A stretch of DNA of 64,000 nt from Alphaproteobacteria bacterium (GTDB lineage Bacteria; Pseudomonadota; Alphaproteobacteria; UBA6615): positions 1 through 64,000 of the forward strand of contig CBDHEC010000050.1 of assembly GCA_965261975.1 (NCBI GenBank). Reading direction: 5' to 3'. The number at the start of each line of letters is the position of its first letter. Position 1 is the stretch's first letter. Under the pieces are notes generated by a model that saw only the letters and a list, made by a program, of their open reading frames with translations, made no database searches and had not been told where the DNA came from. A program made the translations under genes and the position numbers. Shown in pieces: positions 12,828 through 22,969 of the stretch.

Positions 12828-14983
12828 CAGGCCGCTTCGCGCCGGCGCGCCCGGACCATCTCGAGGACCTCCCGCGCGGCAGCCGGAATGTTTGTGCCCG
12901 GCCCATAGATCGCCGAGACGCCGTTGGCACTCAGGAATTCGTAATCCTTCGCCGGAATGACACCACCGCAAATCACAACGACGTCTTCTGCATGCGCCGC
13001 CTTCAACGCCGCGACCAGCTGCGGCACCAGGGTCTTGTGCCCCGCCGCCTGGGTCGAAACGCCGACGATATGCACATCGTTCTCGACGGCCTGCTGCGCG
13101 GCCTCTTCAGGGGTTGCGAACAGCGGCCCGACATCCACATCGAAGCCAAGATCCGCAAAAGCCGTCGCGATCACCTTGGCGCCCCGGTCATGCCCGTCCT
13201 GGCCGAGCTTGACGACCAGCATGCGAGGCCGCCGGCCTTCTTCCTCGGCAAACGTCGCGACATCGGCGAGGACCTCGCCAAAGCCCTCGTCACCCTCATA
13301 GGCCGCGGCATAGACGCCGGAAATCGATTTCACGGTCGCCCTGTGTCGGCCAAAGGCCGCTTCCATCGCATCCGACATCTCTCCCACAGTGGCTCGCGCC
13401 CGCGCAGCATCGACACAGGCCGCAAGCAGATTGCCGTCTCCAGATTGCGCGATTCGCGTGATCGCATCGAGTGTCGCCTTGCAACCGGCCGCATCCCGGC
13501 CTTCGCGCACGGTCTTGAGGCGGGCGATCTGTGCTTCCCGCACCCGACTATTGTCGATGTCGAGGACATCGATCTCTTCGGCCGTATCCGGCTGATAGCG
13601 ATTCACGCCAACGATCACATCGTCACCCCGGTCGATCCGCGCCTGACGGCGCGCCGCCGCTTCTTCGATACGCAGTTTCGGCATGCCGGATTCGACGGCC
13701 TTCGTCATCCCGCCAAGCTCTTCGACTTCATCGATCAGCTTGCGCGCCTCGACAACGAGGGCGTGGGTCAGGCTCTCCACATAATAGGAGCCGGCCATGG
13801 GATCGACGACCTGGGTAATGCCCGCCTCATGCTGCAAAATCAGCTGGGTATTGCGGGCCACCCGCGAGGACGCGGGCGTCGGCAGCGCGACCGCCTCGTC
13901 GAAGGAATTGGTGTGCAGCGACTGGGTGCCGCCCAGGGTCGCAGCCAGCGCCTCGATCGTGGTGCGCACGACATTGTTGTAGGGATCCTGTTCGGTCAGG
14001 GAAACGCCGGACGTCTGGCAATGGGTGCGCAGCATCAGCGAACGTTCATCCTGGGCATCGAACAGGTCGCGCATGGCGTGGGACCACAGATAGCGGGCGG
14101 CGCGCAGCTTGGCGATCTCCATGAAGAAGTTCATGCCGATGCCGAAGAAAAACGACAGACGCGGCGCAAACCGGTCCACATCCAGGCCGGTCGCGCTGGC
14201 GACGCGTACATATTCGATCCCGTCGGCGAGCGTAAAGGCGAGCTCCTGGACCGCCGTCGCCCCGGCTTCCTGCATGTGATAGCCGGAGATCGAGATGGAG
14301 TTGTACCGCGGCATGTACTCGGCGGTGTAGGCGATGATGTCGGCGACGATCCGCATCGATGGGGTCGGCGGATAGATATAGGTGTTGCGGACCATGAACT
14401 CCTTGAGGATGTCGTTCTGGATGGTCCCCGAAAGTTTCTCCGGCCCGACGCCCTGTTCTTCGGCGGCCACGATATAGCTGGCCAGCACCGGCAACACAGC
14501 GCCGTTCATGGTCATCGACACGCTCATCTCATCGAGAGGAATGCCGTCGAAAAGGATCTTCATGTCCTCGACGCTGTCGATCGCGACCCCGGCCTTGCCG
14601 ACATCACCCACGACGCGCGGATGGTCGCTGTCATAGCCACGATGGGTCGCCAGATCGAAGGCCACCGAAAGGCCACGCTGACCGCCCTCGAGCGCCTTGC
14701 GATAGAATGCGTTCGATTCTTCAGCCGTGGAGAAGCCGGCATACTGGCGCACCGTCCATGGGCGCCCGGCATACATCGTCGCCTTGGGGCCACCGACGAA
14801 CGGCGCGAAGCCGGGCATGCTGTCCAGCCACGCGATATCCTCGAGGTCGGCCGCCGAATAGACCGGCTTGATCGCGATTCCCTCGGGGGTCTCGCCGATC
14901 AGGTCTTCGGGTTCGCGGCCGCGCAGTTCCTCGGCGGCACGGGCCGTCCAGTCACCAAGCGTATGTTTCGGGAATTCGGCTAT
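12827..14983 (-). CDS. scpA: Methylmalonyl-CoA mutase (B12-dependent), probable non-canonical ATA start
   Basis: [27 protein letters not shown]12 motif; frame stays open upstream of Met 14818 ([11 protein letters not shown]...[12 protein letters not shown]) to ATA at 14983. Confidence 0.93.
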   Translation of the reverse strand: MAEFPKHTLGDWTARAAEELRGREPEDLIGETPEGIAIKPVYSAADLEDIAWLDSMPGFAPFVGGPKATMYAGRPWTVRQYAGFSTAEESNAFYRKALEGGQRGLSVAFDLATHRGYDSDHPRVVGDVGKAGVAIDSVEDMKILFDGIPLDEMSVSMTMNGAVLPVLASYIVAAEEQGVGPEKLSGTIQNDILKEFMVRNTYIYPPTPSMRIVADIIAYTAEYMPRYNSISISGYHMQEAGATAVQELAFTLADGIEYVRVASATGLDVDRFAPRLSFFFGIGMNFFMEIAKLRAARYLWSHAMRDLFDAQDERSLMLRTHCQTSGVSLTEQDPYNNVVRTTIEALAATLGGTQSLHTNSFDEAVALPTPASSRVARNTQLILQHEAGITQVVDPMAGSYYVESLTHALVVEARKLIDEVEELGGMTKAVESGMPKLRIEEAAARRQARIDRGDDVIVGVNRYQPDTAEEIDVLDIDNSRVREAQIARLKTVREGRDAAGCKATLDAITRIAQSGDGNLLAACVDAARARATVGEMSDAMEAAFGRHRATVKSISGVYAAAYEGDEGFGEVLADVATFAEEEGRRPRMLVVKLGQDGHDRGAKVIATAFADLGFDVDVGPLFATPEEAAQQAVENDVHIVGVSTQAAGHKTLVPQLVAALKAAHAEDVVVICGGVIPAKDYEFLSANGVSAIYGPGTNIPAAAREVLEMVRARRREAA

Positions 14984-15046
14984 TTTTTCGGCTCTTTGTG
15001 CAAATCCACAGTGGCCGGAAAGTATAGTGCTTGGCCGAGGGCCGGT

Positions 15047-16877
15047 CTATTGATCGCCGGGCGCTTGCTTGTGCATGGCTTCATCGATGCGCAGAAAGCC
15101 GACACGAGCATCGAATCCCCGTAATTCCGCCGATTCTTCGCTGACGCTCCGCTTCGCCAACAACCTGGCGACGGCCGGATCCTCGGCCATGCTCTTCGAC
15201 ACGATGATGTCGCCGCCCCGGCTTTGTCCCTGAAGCCGGGCTGTCATGTTCACCGTGCTTCCGAAATAGTCGAGCCTGTCGTTTAACGTGACGGCGATGC
15301 AGGCACCCTCATGGATACCCACCTTGATCGCCACCAGCCGTCGATGCGTGATCGCGATTGAAATCCGACACGGCCTGCTGGATTTCCAGCGCCGCCGCGA
15401 GCGCCTGCTCCGGTTCGACAAACGCCGCCATCACCGCGTCACCGATTGTCTTCACAACTGCGCCGTCATGCTCGCGCACGATGCCTGTGAGGAAAGCGAA
15501 ATGATCGCGCACCAGGCCATAGGCACGGGCATCACCGATCTCTTCATACAGCGCGGTCGATCCGCGCAGATCGGTAAACATCAACGTCACCCGCTGGATC
15601 GCGACCTCGTCACCGGGCCGGAGCAGCTGATCGGAGAACAAATCTCGAAATGCCTGCATCGCGGTCACCCGGTCCGCCGTCAGGGCGTCGCGCTCCCAGG
15701 CGCGCTCCTCGATGACAAAGTTGCGATCATGCGTCGCCCCATTCACCAGGCGCAGTTTTCCGGGCGCCGCGGGCGCACCAACATCGAGGTTTTCGCCATT
15801 GATTTGCACTTCGGGAAACCCGCCGCCCTCATAGTCGAAATCCGCCTCGGGGCCGGCCTCGAGGGTCCGCACCAGGTAATGCCCGTCCGCAAAGGAGACA
15901 TCGAGCTCCCGCGTGGCACCTGCGGCGACACAAACCTGCGCGACGATATGGGGCGTACTCATCGGCCCGAACAGACAATATTCACCGAACGAAACGGGGC
16001 GTATGCCGGCGGCCGGCTGAAAGCTCAATTCCACATTGCGTGAGAAATCACGGTCATAGTCGATGTTGCAGGTGCCGCAATGAGCACCTGTCGGCATCTC
16101 GTCGAGACCCGAAGAGACCGACTTCGCAACCCGGCAACGCGGGCACAGAATGTCCCAACGCAGATCCAGCAAACCGGCTCGGGTCGCCTCGAGGCATACC
16201 TCGATCGCGTCTCGCGGTCGCACGCCCCATCGCCGCGCCATCGCCAGCGGCCGAATTTTAACGACATCGACCTCCTGTCCCGTGGTCGCATGGTTTGCCA
16301 GTTTTTCGGCGAGGCCGTGGGCGTGCGACGTCGCGTTGATCGCCTCGACGGCGCGCGCGATGCGCTGTTTGCCGGCATCGTCAAACTCAGGCGGCGTCGC
16401 ATCAAAGGGCGTATCGCGCTCGCCCCTGACAAATTCGGCCGTCGAACCGACCAGCGCCGCGAACGTTTTGTCGACCGATTTAAAGAACACGGTGCGCAGC
16501 GCCAGTTCGCACAACAAATTCGCGGCCTCGGCTTCGAGCACATAAAGAACGCGGCTTTTTGAATCCTCGCGACCCGTCGGTTCGATTTTGAGGGTCGCAA
16601 AGAGTGTCTTCAGGGGCCCCCTGGTAAAGTAGCGGCGATGCTCAAACCATTTGTTGGCAACCCAGTTCACCGGCTCCTCGCGCCAGGCAAGCGTGAATGG
16701 CCCTTGCTTTGCCACGGCGGTGAAAAGCACCGATCCGTCTTCCTGGGGTGTTTCTGTGATGTCGTGTTTCGGCAGACCCGCCGCCTCGTTGAACCGGGCT
16801 GTGTCAGACAGGATCGGCCAGACTTCCGCCGGCGGCGCATCGAAGGACCAGACCCATTCGTGACGATGCACCCGCAT
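15047..16877 (-). pseudogene. Class III adenylate/guanylate cyclase with SRPBCC-like N-terminus and DUF5939-like middle, frameshifted near 15340
   Basis: CPRCR..AHCGTCNIDY, FTDLRGST, KTIGDAVMAAF in one frame; IKVGIHEG..LDYFGSTVNMTARL in the next frame. Confidence 0.8.
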
Positions 16878-16973
16878 GGCTTCGCTCCCATGATATATCA
16901 ATAATATATCTTTTAATCCCGCTCTAAACCCGCGGGTCTAACGCCCTCTAATAGATCTTACGCTCTCGGACCG

Positions 16974-17849
16974 TTACCAGATCAAACCCGGCATCGCATA
17001 TCTCGGCGCCTGCCCAACGTCTTCGAGCAAGGTTGCAAGCCTATCGGGCGCTGGTAAAGCCCCGGGTGGCGCACCGAGCCGCTCTGCGGCAATCCCCCCG
17101 ACCATGAACGCGGCATCGATGCCCGCGACGGCGGCACCCGCAATATCGGTCAGGAGGCCGTCGCCGATCATCAGCACGCGCCGACGGTCCGGATCCCCGA
17201 GGTGACGCAATACCGCGTCAAACACCGGCCGATAGGGTTTGCCGTGCCAGGCCACATCACCGCCGTATCGGGTCTCGTAGGCTTCGGCCATTGCGCCCGC
17301 ACAAATTTCCCGCACCGCGCCGCGCAACACCTCGCGATCAGGGTTGGTGCAAACCATCGGCAGCCCGGCCGCCGCAGCGCGCTCCAACTCGGGAATGTAG
17401 TCTTCCAGCACATGACCCGGCGCGCGCGGGCCGGTACAGATCACGAAATCCGCATCTTCGATTTCGGCCGGTGCATCGATGCCCGGATTGTCGAGCATAG
17501 GTCGATGACGATCCGGCCCGATAAACGCGGCCCGTCGACCGAGCTTTGCATGCCAGGGGTCCGTGCGATCGCTGATGGCGTGCCACGCGATTTCGCCCGA
17601 ACAGAAGATGTCTTCATAGATCGTGTCCGGAATTCCGATCTGTCCCAGGACGTCACGCACGCCGGACACCCGAAACGGCGCATTGGAAAGCAGGACAATC
17701 TTGGCTCCTGCATCACCGAGTTTCTCGAGGCACGCCACCGCGCCCGGTAGCGGCTCGATGCCGTTATGCAGGGTTCCCCACAGATCGACGATCAGGTGAT
17801 CGTAGCGGCCCGCGAGGCTTTCAAAACCGGGAAGAAGTTCTGTTTTCAT
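16974..17849 (-). CDS. HAD-superfamily class IIA hydrolase (TIGR01459-like)
   Basis: DLWGTLHNG, LLSNAP, CTNPD, GKPY, IGDGLLTDIAGA. Confidence 0.88.
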   Translation of the reverse strand: MKTELLPGFESLAGRYDHLIVDLWGTLHNGIEPLPGAVACLEKLGDAGAKIVLLSNAPFRVSGVRDVLGQIGIPDTIYEDIFCSGEIAWHAISDRTDPWHAKLGRRAAFIGPDRHRPMLDNPGIDAPAEIEDADFVICTGPRAPGHVLEDYIPELERAAAAGLPMVCTNPDREVLRGAVREICAGAMAEAYETRYGGDVAWHGKPYRPVFDAVLRHLGDPDRRRVLMIGDGLLTDIAGAAVAGIDAAFMVGGIAAERLGAPPGALPAPDRLATLLEDVGQAPRYAMPGLIW

Positions 17850-17976
17850 GGGACAGGTTCATAGTCACGCGATGAGACAGGCGTATGCCATGCCCTGCAG
17901 CGCGAAGGAAGGGGATGAATTCTGTTGTTTGAACGAAGGCCTTTTCGTGCGCGCGCGGCGCACCCGCCCGCCGGCC

Positions 17977-19215
17977 TCAGTCGCTTCGGCTCAACCGGGG
18001 CTCCCCGAAGAGGTATCCCTGGCCATAGTCGATCTCGAAATCGAGAAGCTCGACCACCTGTCGTTCGTCTTCGATCTTCTCGACGATCAGGTCAAGACCA
18101 TCGCGATCGAGCATCTTCTTGATGTCCTCGCGCGCAATATCGCCAATCAGCTCATCGTTGCTGTCGAGAAGGAACGCCTCATCGACCTTCACGAAGCGGA
18201 AATTCTTCGCCGAGAGGCCATGAATATCGAGGTTGAGATTGGTTACCTGGTCGAGCGAGAACCGGAAGCCCAGATCGGCAAGCCGCGCGAGATTCCCGAT
18301 CGTCGCCGGGGGTGCGGTTTCGATATCGCTTTGCCCAAATTCAAAGAACAGCTTCGGTGCGAGGTCCGGATTCTCGGATACGAAGTCCACGAAGTCACCG
18401 ATGAAGGCGGTGTCACCGAGGCTTTCGCGGGAAATATTGCAGAAGAATGCGGTGTCGTAGTTGCGTTTCTGGGTGCGCCGGATCAGCTGCACGCAGCGGA
18501 ACAACAGCATGTTGTCGATCGCGCTGACGAGACCTTCGCGTTCGGCGACGCCGATATACTGGCCCGGCCCGATCACCGTGCCGTCTTCGCTGCGGATACG
18601 CGTGTAGCACTCGTAGTAGCGGTTCTTGCGCTGCGGCAGGCTGACGATCGGTTGCAGATAGACATCCACACGGTCGAGACGAAGCGCTTCGCGCACGATA
18701 TCGATGACCTCGGGGTCGTCGACTTCGCCGAAATCCTCTTCCGATGGCGCGCTGATGGCCTTGCCACCCTCGACGGCGACCAGTTTCGGCCGCTCGGAGA
18801 GCTGCGCCTCACCGGCCACCAGGGCGTTCGCCTCCTGCTTGCGCGAGAACACCTCGATCAGACCCTGCAGAACCTTAACCTCGGCGATCACTTCGGATAC
18901 GCGCTGCTCGCCAGCCCGGCCCGCCTGATCGACGGTCTGGCGCATTTGCAGCGCCTGGGTCTGGGTGCTGAGCAAATCCTCGGCGATTTCGCGCGTCTGG
19001 CGGCGAACGACCGTCAATTCCTGCATGAGCCGGCGGTTACGATCCGACTGGGCGAACATGACATGCGCCATCGCGCAGGCGAGGAACACCATTCCCGCGG
19101 CCAGCGGCGCAACATCCCCCGACAACGCCGGCACGAAAGTCGGGGCGACCAGCGCCACGGCCGTTGCAAGCACGAAATAGGACGCGATGATTATGATATG
19201 CAGAATCAGTGACAT
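17977..19215 (-). CDS. Membrane-anchored degenerate EAL domain protein (TipF-like)
   Basis: Two TM helices, coiled coil, LQPIVSLPQRK..YYECYTRI, FSLDQV in place of DDFG, GQGYLFGEP. Confidence 0.8.
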   Translation of the reverse strand: MSLILHIIIIASYFVLATAVALVAPTFVPALSGDVAPLAAGMVFLACAMAHVMFAQSDRNRRLMQELTVVRRQTREIAEDLLSTQTQALQMRQTVDQAGRAGEQRVSEVIAEVKVLQGLIEVFSRKQEANALVAGEAQLSERPKLVAVEGGKAISAPSEEDFGEVDDPEVIDIVREALRLDRVDVYLQPIVSLPQRKNRYYECYTRIRSEDGTVIGPGQYIGVAEREGLVSAIDNMLLFRCVQLIRRTQKRNYDTAFFCNISRESLGDTAFIGDFVDFVSENPDLAPKLFFEFGQSDIETAPPATIGNLARLADLGFRFSLDQVTNLNLDIHGLSAKNFRFVKVDEAFLLDSNDELIGDIAREDIKKMLDRDGLDLIVEKIEDERQVVELLDFEIDYGQGYLFGEPRLSRSD

Positions 19216-19252
19216 AGCTTCGAGGCGAAGATTGACGCCGAAGCCTTGCGAT

Positions 19253-19270
19253 ATGGTTAACGCGAGTTAA
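19253..19270 (-). promoter_or_regulatory. CtrA-like binding site upstream of the TipF-like gene
   Basis: Minus strand TTAA-CTCGCG-TTAACCAT; spacer is N6 versus the canonical N7, but contains the TTAACCAT 8-mer. Confidence 0.5.
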
Positions 19271-19283
19271 GCCTGTTGCGACG

Positions 19284-20462
19284 CTATTCTTCCCGTTCGG
19301 CCGGGAGGGTCTGTTCGACCAGGTTCGACCAGTAGGTCACGCCGATCGGGATGATCTCGTCGTTGAAGTCGTAGCCGGGATTGTGGAGCATGCAGCCGCC
19401 CGCGGCGGCGCCGTTTCCGACCCACACATAACTGCCCGGCTTCTCGCGCAACATGTAGGCGAAGTCCTCCGACCCCATGCTCGGCACCGGGCTCTGATCG
19501 ATCTTCGCCTCATCTACGATGGACGCCGCCGCGGCCATGGCATGTTCGGTTTCCTCGACGCTGTTGACCGTGGCCGGATAGCGCCGCTCGTAACGCAGCT
19601 CCGCGGTGCCGCCGAAGGCCGCGCAGACGCCATCGGCGATCCGACGCATCGACGGTTCCACGCTGTCTCGAACAGCCTCGCTGAACGAGCGCACCGTGCC
19701 GCGCAAGACAACCTCGTCCGGGATGACGTTGTAGGCGTCGCCGCCATGGATCTGGGTGACCGAGACGACGAGGGAATCGATCGGGTCGATGTTCCGGCTG
19801 GTAATGCTCTGCAGCGCATCCACGACCTTGGACGCCATGACGATACTGTCGATCCCCTGATGGGGCATCGCCGCGTGGCTGCCCTGTCCCTTGATGACCA
19901 GATCAAAAATATCGAACGCGGCCATCATCGGTCCCGATGCAACCGCAAACTCACCCACCGGCATGCCCGGCCAATTGTGCATGCCGTAGATCGACTCCAC
20001 CGGGAACTTCTCGAACAGGCCTTCGTTGACCATTACCTCGGCGCCGCCTTCCGCTTCCTCCGCGGGTTGGAAAACGAAATACACGGTGCCGTCGAACTGC
20101 TTCGTCTCGGCGAGATATTTGGCCGCCCCCAGCAGCATCGTCGTGTGCCCATCATGGCCGCAGCCATGCATTTTCCCCGGCGTCTTCGAGGCATGCGCGA
20201 AATCATTGCCCTCTTCCATGGGCAACGCGTCCATGTCCGCGCGCAGTGCGATGGCGCGGTTGCCCGTGCCGACCTTCAGCTGGCCGACGACCCCGGTCTT
20301 GGCGAGGCCGCGATGCACCTCGACGCCGAAACTTTCGAGCCGTTCGGCCACGAGGGCGGATGTGCGCTCCTCTTCGAAGGCCAGCTCCGGATGGGCATGG
20401 AAATCCCGCCGCCATTCGGTCAGCAGCTCATGGTCACGGGCAATCTCTTCCTTGATGTTCAT
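19284..20462 (-). CDS. M20D family amidohydrolase (hippurate hydrolase-like)
   Basis: HAHPELAFEE, LRADMDAL, MHGCGHDGHT, FQPAEE, GSEDF. Confidence 0.92.
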   Translation of the reverse strand: MNIKEEIARDHELLTEWRRDFHAHPELAFEEERTSALVAERLESFGVEVHRGLAKTGVVGQLKVGTGNRAIALRADMDALPMEEGNDFAHASKTPGKMHGCGHDGHTTMLLGAAKYLAETKQFDGTVYFVFQPAEEAEGGAEVMVNEGLFEKFPVESIYGMHNWPGMPVGEFAVASGPMMAAFDIFDLVIKGQGSHAAMPHQGIDSIVMASKVVDALQSITSRNIDPIDSLVVSVTQIHGGDAYNVIPDEVVLRGTVRSFSEAVRDSVEPSMRRIADGVCAAFGGTAELRYERRYPATVNSVEETEHAMAAAASIVDEAKIDQSPVPSMGSEDFAYMLREKPGSYVWVGNGAAAGGCMLHNPGYDFNDEIIPIGVTYWSNLVEQTLPAEREE

Positions 20463-20497
20463 CGGGGTCCTCTTTTCCATCCGTTCCGACTCAGGCC

Positions 20498-21322
20498 TCA
20501 AAGTACGCGATGCTGCGCGACGGGAATACGTTGCCGCACCTGCGCCAGGTAATCCAGTTCGACGGTCGCGGTCGTGTGCCCGGCGCCTTCACGGGCCTGG
20601 GCCAGCAGATGCCCCCAGGGATCGATGATCATCGAATGCCCCCAGCTTGCGCGTTCTTCATTGCCTTCGTGATAGGTCCCGGTCTGCGCCGCAGCGACGA
20701 TGAAGGTTTGGGTTTCGATCGCACGGGCCCGCAACAGGACCTCCCAATGATCCTTGCCCGTCTGGAGCGTAAAGGCGGCCGGCACCATGATAACGTCGGC
20801 GCCCGCTTCGGCCAGGGCGCGGTAGAGCTCCGCAAAACGCAAATCGTAGCAAATGCTGCAGCCGACCGTGATGTCGTCCGCCTTGTAGGTCACGATCTCC
20901 CGTCCGGCGCCGAAGGTGGCCGATTCCCGATACTCCCTGCCATCCGGTGTCGAGACGTCGAATAGGTGAATCTTGCGGTAACGCGCCAATTCCTGGCCCG
21001 CGCGGTCGAAAGCGACCGTCGTGTTGAAGTAATCATCGCCGGCGCGTTCCACAAAACTGCCGCCATGCACGAACACGCCCTGTCCGCGCGCCATATCACG
21101 CAAGGTTTCGTAGGCGGCCCCACCCGGAGCGCCGAGCGACGGCAGTTCCTCTGCTGCCGCCCGCTTTTCGGCGACCGAACTTCCCATGAAGGCGAAGACC
21201 TCGGGCAAAACCAGCATGTCCGGTGCGTCGGCCTCGATCGCATGCGATGCCAGCATGCGCGCCTGTTCCAGGTTGGCCGCCTTGTCGCTGCGCGTGTTCA
21301 TTTGCAGGGTCGTGATCTTCAT
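20498..21322 (-). CDS. Carbon-nitrogen hydrolase (Nit1/deaminated glutathione amidase-like)
   Basis: LPE, YRKIHLFD, SICYDLRF triad; TGKDHWEVLLRARAIE. Confidence 0.9.
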   Translation of the reverse strand: MKITTLQMNTRSDKAANLEQARMLASHAIEADAPDMLVLPEVFAFMGSSVAEKRAAAEELPSLGAPGGAAYETLRDMARGQGVFVHGGSFVERAGDDYFNTTVAFDRAGQELARYRKIHLFDVSTPDGREYRESATFGAGREIVTYKADDITVGCSICYDLRFAELYRALAEAGADVIMVPAAFTLQTGKDHWEVLLRARAIETQTFIVAAAQTGTYHEGNEERASWGHSMIIDPWGHLLAQAREGAGHTTATVELDYLAQVRQRIPVAQHRVL

Positions 21323-21461
21323 ATTCCCATGCTAGCGCAGCGCAATATGCCTGTCTTGCGATCCACAAATTCACGCAAAGGGCGCACAGCGGCGTTGGCC
21401 TCGACCGAAAAGTCGGCTAGCTAGGACACGCAACCCCATTCGCGTTCGAGGGAGATTCAGT

Positions 21462-22877
21462 TTGGCCACCGGTCGCATCACGCCCGTCATCCTGTCCGGG
21501 GGCTCCGGCACGCGCCTGTGGCCGATGAGCCGCCGGGACTATCCCAAGCAGTTTCTGCCGCTCGCAGGCGACCAGACGATGCTCCAGGACACCGCGCTGC
21601 GTGTCTGCGTGCCCCAGAACTTCGCGCCCGTGCTCGTTGTGTGTAACGAAGAACACCGCTTCATGGTCGCCGAGCAGCTGCGCGGACTGGAACAGGAAGC
21701 GCAGGGAATCCTGCTGGAGCCGGTTGGTCGCAACACGGCACCCGCCCTGACCGCCGCCGCGCTTTGGCTGCTCGCCCGCGACCCCGACGCGATCATGCTG
21801 GTGCTGCCGTCGGACCATGTCGTGCAGAACGTGCCCGCGTTTCGCGAGGCCGCCTACACCGCCGCCGAGGCCGCCCAGGCCGGCTGGTTGGTGACGTTCG
21901 GCGTTGCGCCGCGTGCACCCGAAACCGGGTTTGGCTACATCGCGGCCGGGGGACCGGCCGATGGTATTGACGGCGTGCGCGACGTGGACGGCTTCGTCGA
22001 GAAACCGGACCTCGCAACCGCACAGGGCTTCGTTTCGGGCGGCAACCACTTCTGGAACAGCGGCATGTTCGTCTTTCGCGCCGACACGTTGGTTTCGGAA
22101 ATCGACCGTCTGACCCCCGAGACAGGAAACGCCTGCCGGGCCGCACTCGAGAACGGCACCGAGGACCTGGATTTCTTCCGCATGGACGCCGATGCGTTCG
22201 GTTCGGCGCCCGCGACCTCGATCGATTATGCGGTCATGGAGAAGACCGCGCGCGCAGCCGTGGTGCCGGTCGACATCGGTTGGTCCGATGTCGGGTCGTG
22301 GCGCGCGCTCTGGGAGATCGGCGCGAAGGACAATGCCGCCAACGTCGTGGAGGGCGATGTTGTGCAGGTCGGTTCGCGGGATTGCTACCTGCGCAGCGAC
22401 GGCACCCTCGTCGCGGCCATCGGGCTGGAGGATTTCGTCGTCGTCGCCTCGACCGACGCGGTGCTGGTGGCCCCCAAGGACGAGGTGCAGCATGTCCGCG
22501 ATATCGTCGAGTCACTCGGCAAGTCGGGGCGCAAGGAAGCCGTGACCTTCCCCGAGGTCTACCGACCCTGGGGCTGGTACAAGACCCTCAACACCGGGCC
22601 GGGATTTCACGTCAATCGCATCTCCCTGCATCCCGGCGGGCGCGTGAACCTGCGCCGCCACCGGCACGCTGCCCAGCATTGGATGATCGTCGACGGGACC
22701 GCCGACGTGACCCTGGAGGGGGAAACCCATCAGCGCGAACCGGGGGAATCAATCTCGATTCCGGCCGGCGCGGCGCACGCGCTGGCCACCGCCGACAATC
22801 GCCCCCTGACCCTCATCGAGGTTCAGGCTGGCCCCAACGCCGGCAAGGACGAGTTCGAACGCCTGGAAAACGGCTGA
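21462..22877 (+). CDS. manC: Mannose-1-phosphate guanylyltransferase / mannose-6-phosphate isomerase
   Basis: ILSGGSGTRLWPMSR..PKQF, EPVGRNTAPA, FVEKPD, SIDYAVME, YRPWG. Confidence 0.92.
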   Translation: MATGRITPVILSGGSGTRLWPMSRRDYPKQFLPLAGDQTMLQDTALRVCVPQNFAPVLVVCNEEHRFMVAEQLRGLEQEAQGILLEPVGRNTAPALTAAALWLLARDPDAIMLVLPSDHVVQNVPAFREAAYTAAEAAQAGWLVTFGVAPRAPETGFGYIAAGGPADGIDGVRDVDGFVEKPDLATAQGFVSGGNHFWNSGMFVFRADTLVSEIDRLTPETGNACRAALENGTEDLDFFRMDADAFGSAPATSIDYAVMEKTARAAVVPVDIGWSDVGSWRALWEIGAKDNAANVVEGDVVQVGSRDCYLRSDGTLVAAIGLEDFVVVASTDAVLVAPKDEVQHVRDIVESLGKSGRKEAVTFPEVYRPWGWYKTLNTGPGFHVNRISLHPGGRVNLRRHRHAAQHWMIVDGTADVTLEGETHQREPGESISIPAGAAHALATADNRPLTLIEVQAGPNAGKDEFERLENG

Positions 22878-22969
22878 ATACCGGGCGAAATACCCAAAAG
22901 CTTGCCGGGATCGCCCTGTACGCCTAACGTTCGGGTTGAAACGCACGATAACCCGACAAGGCAAGCACC

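Noticed and set aside
12992-15124. 710-aa plus-strand ORF
   Set aside because: Antisense shadow of the methylmalonyl-CoA mutase gene
16921-16967. Recurrent TCTAA/TCTTA words
   Set aside because: Short and irregularly spaced; too weak to call a repeat array or operator
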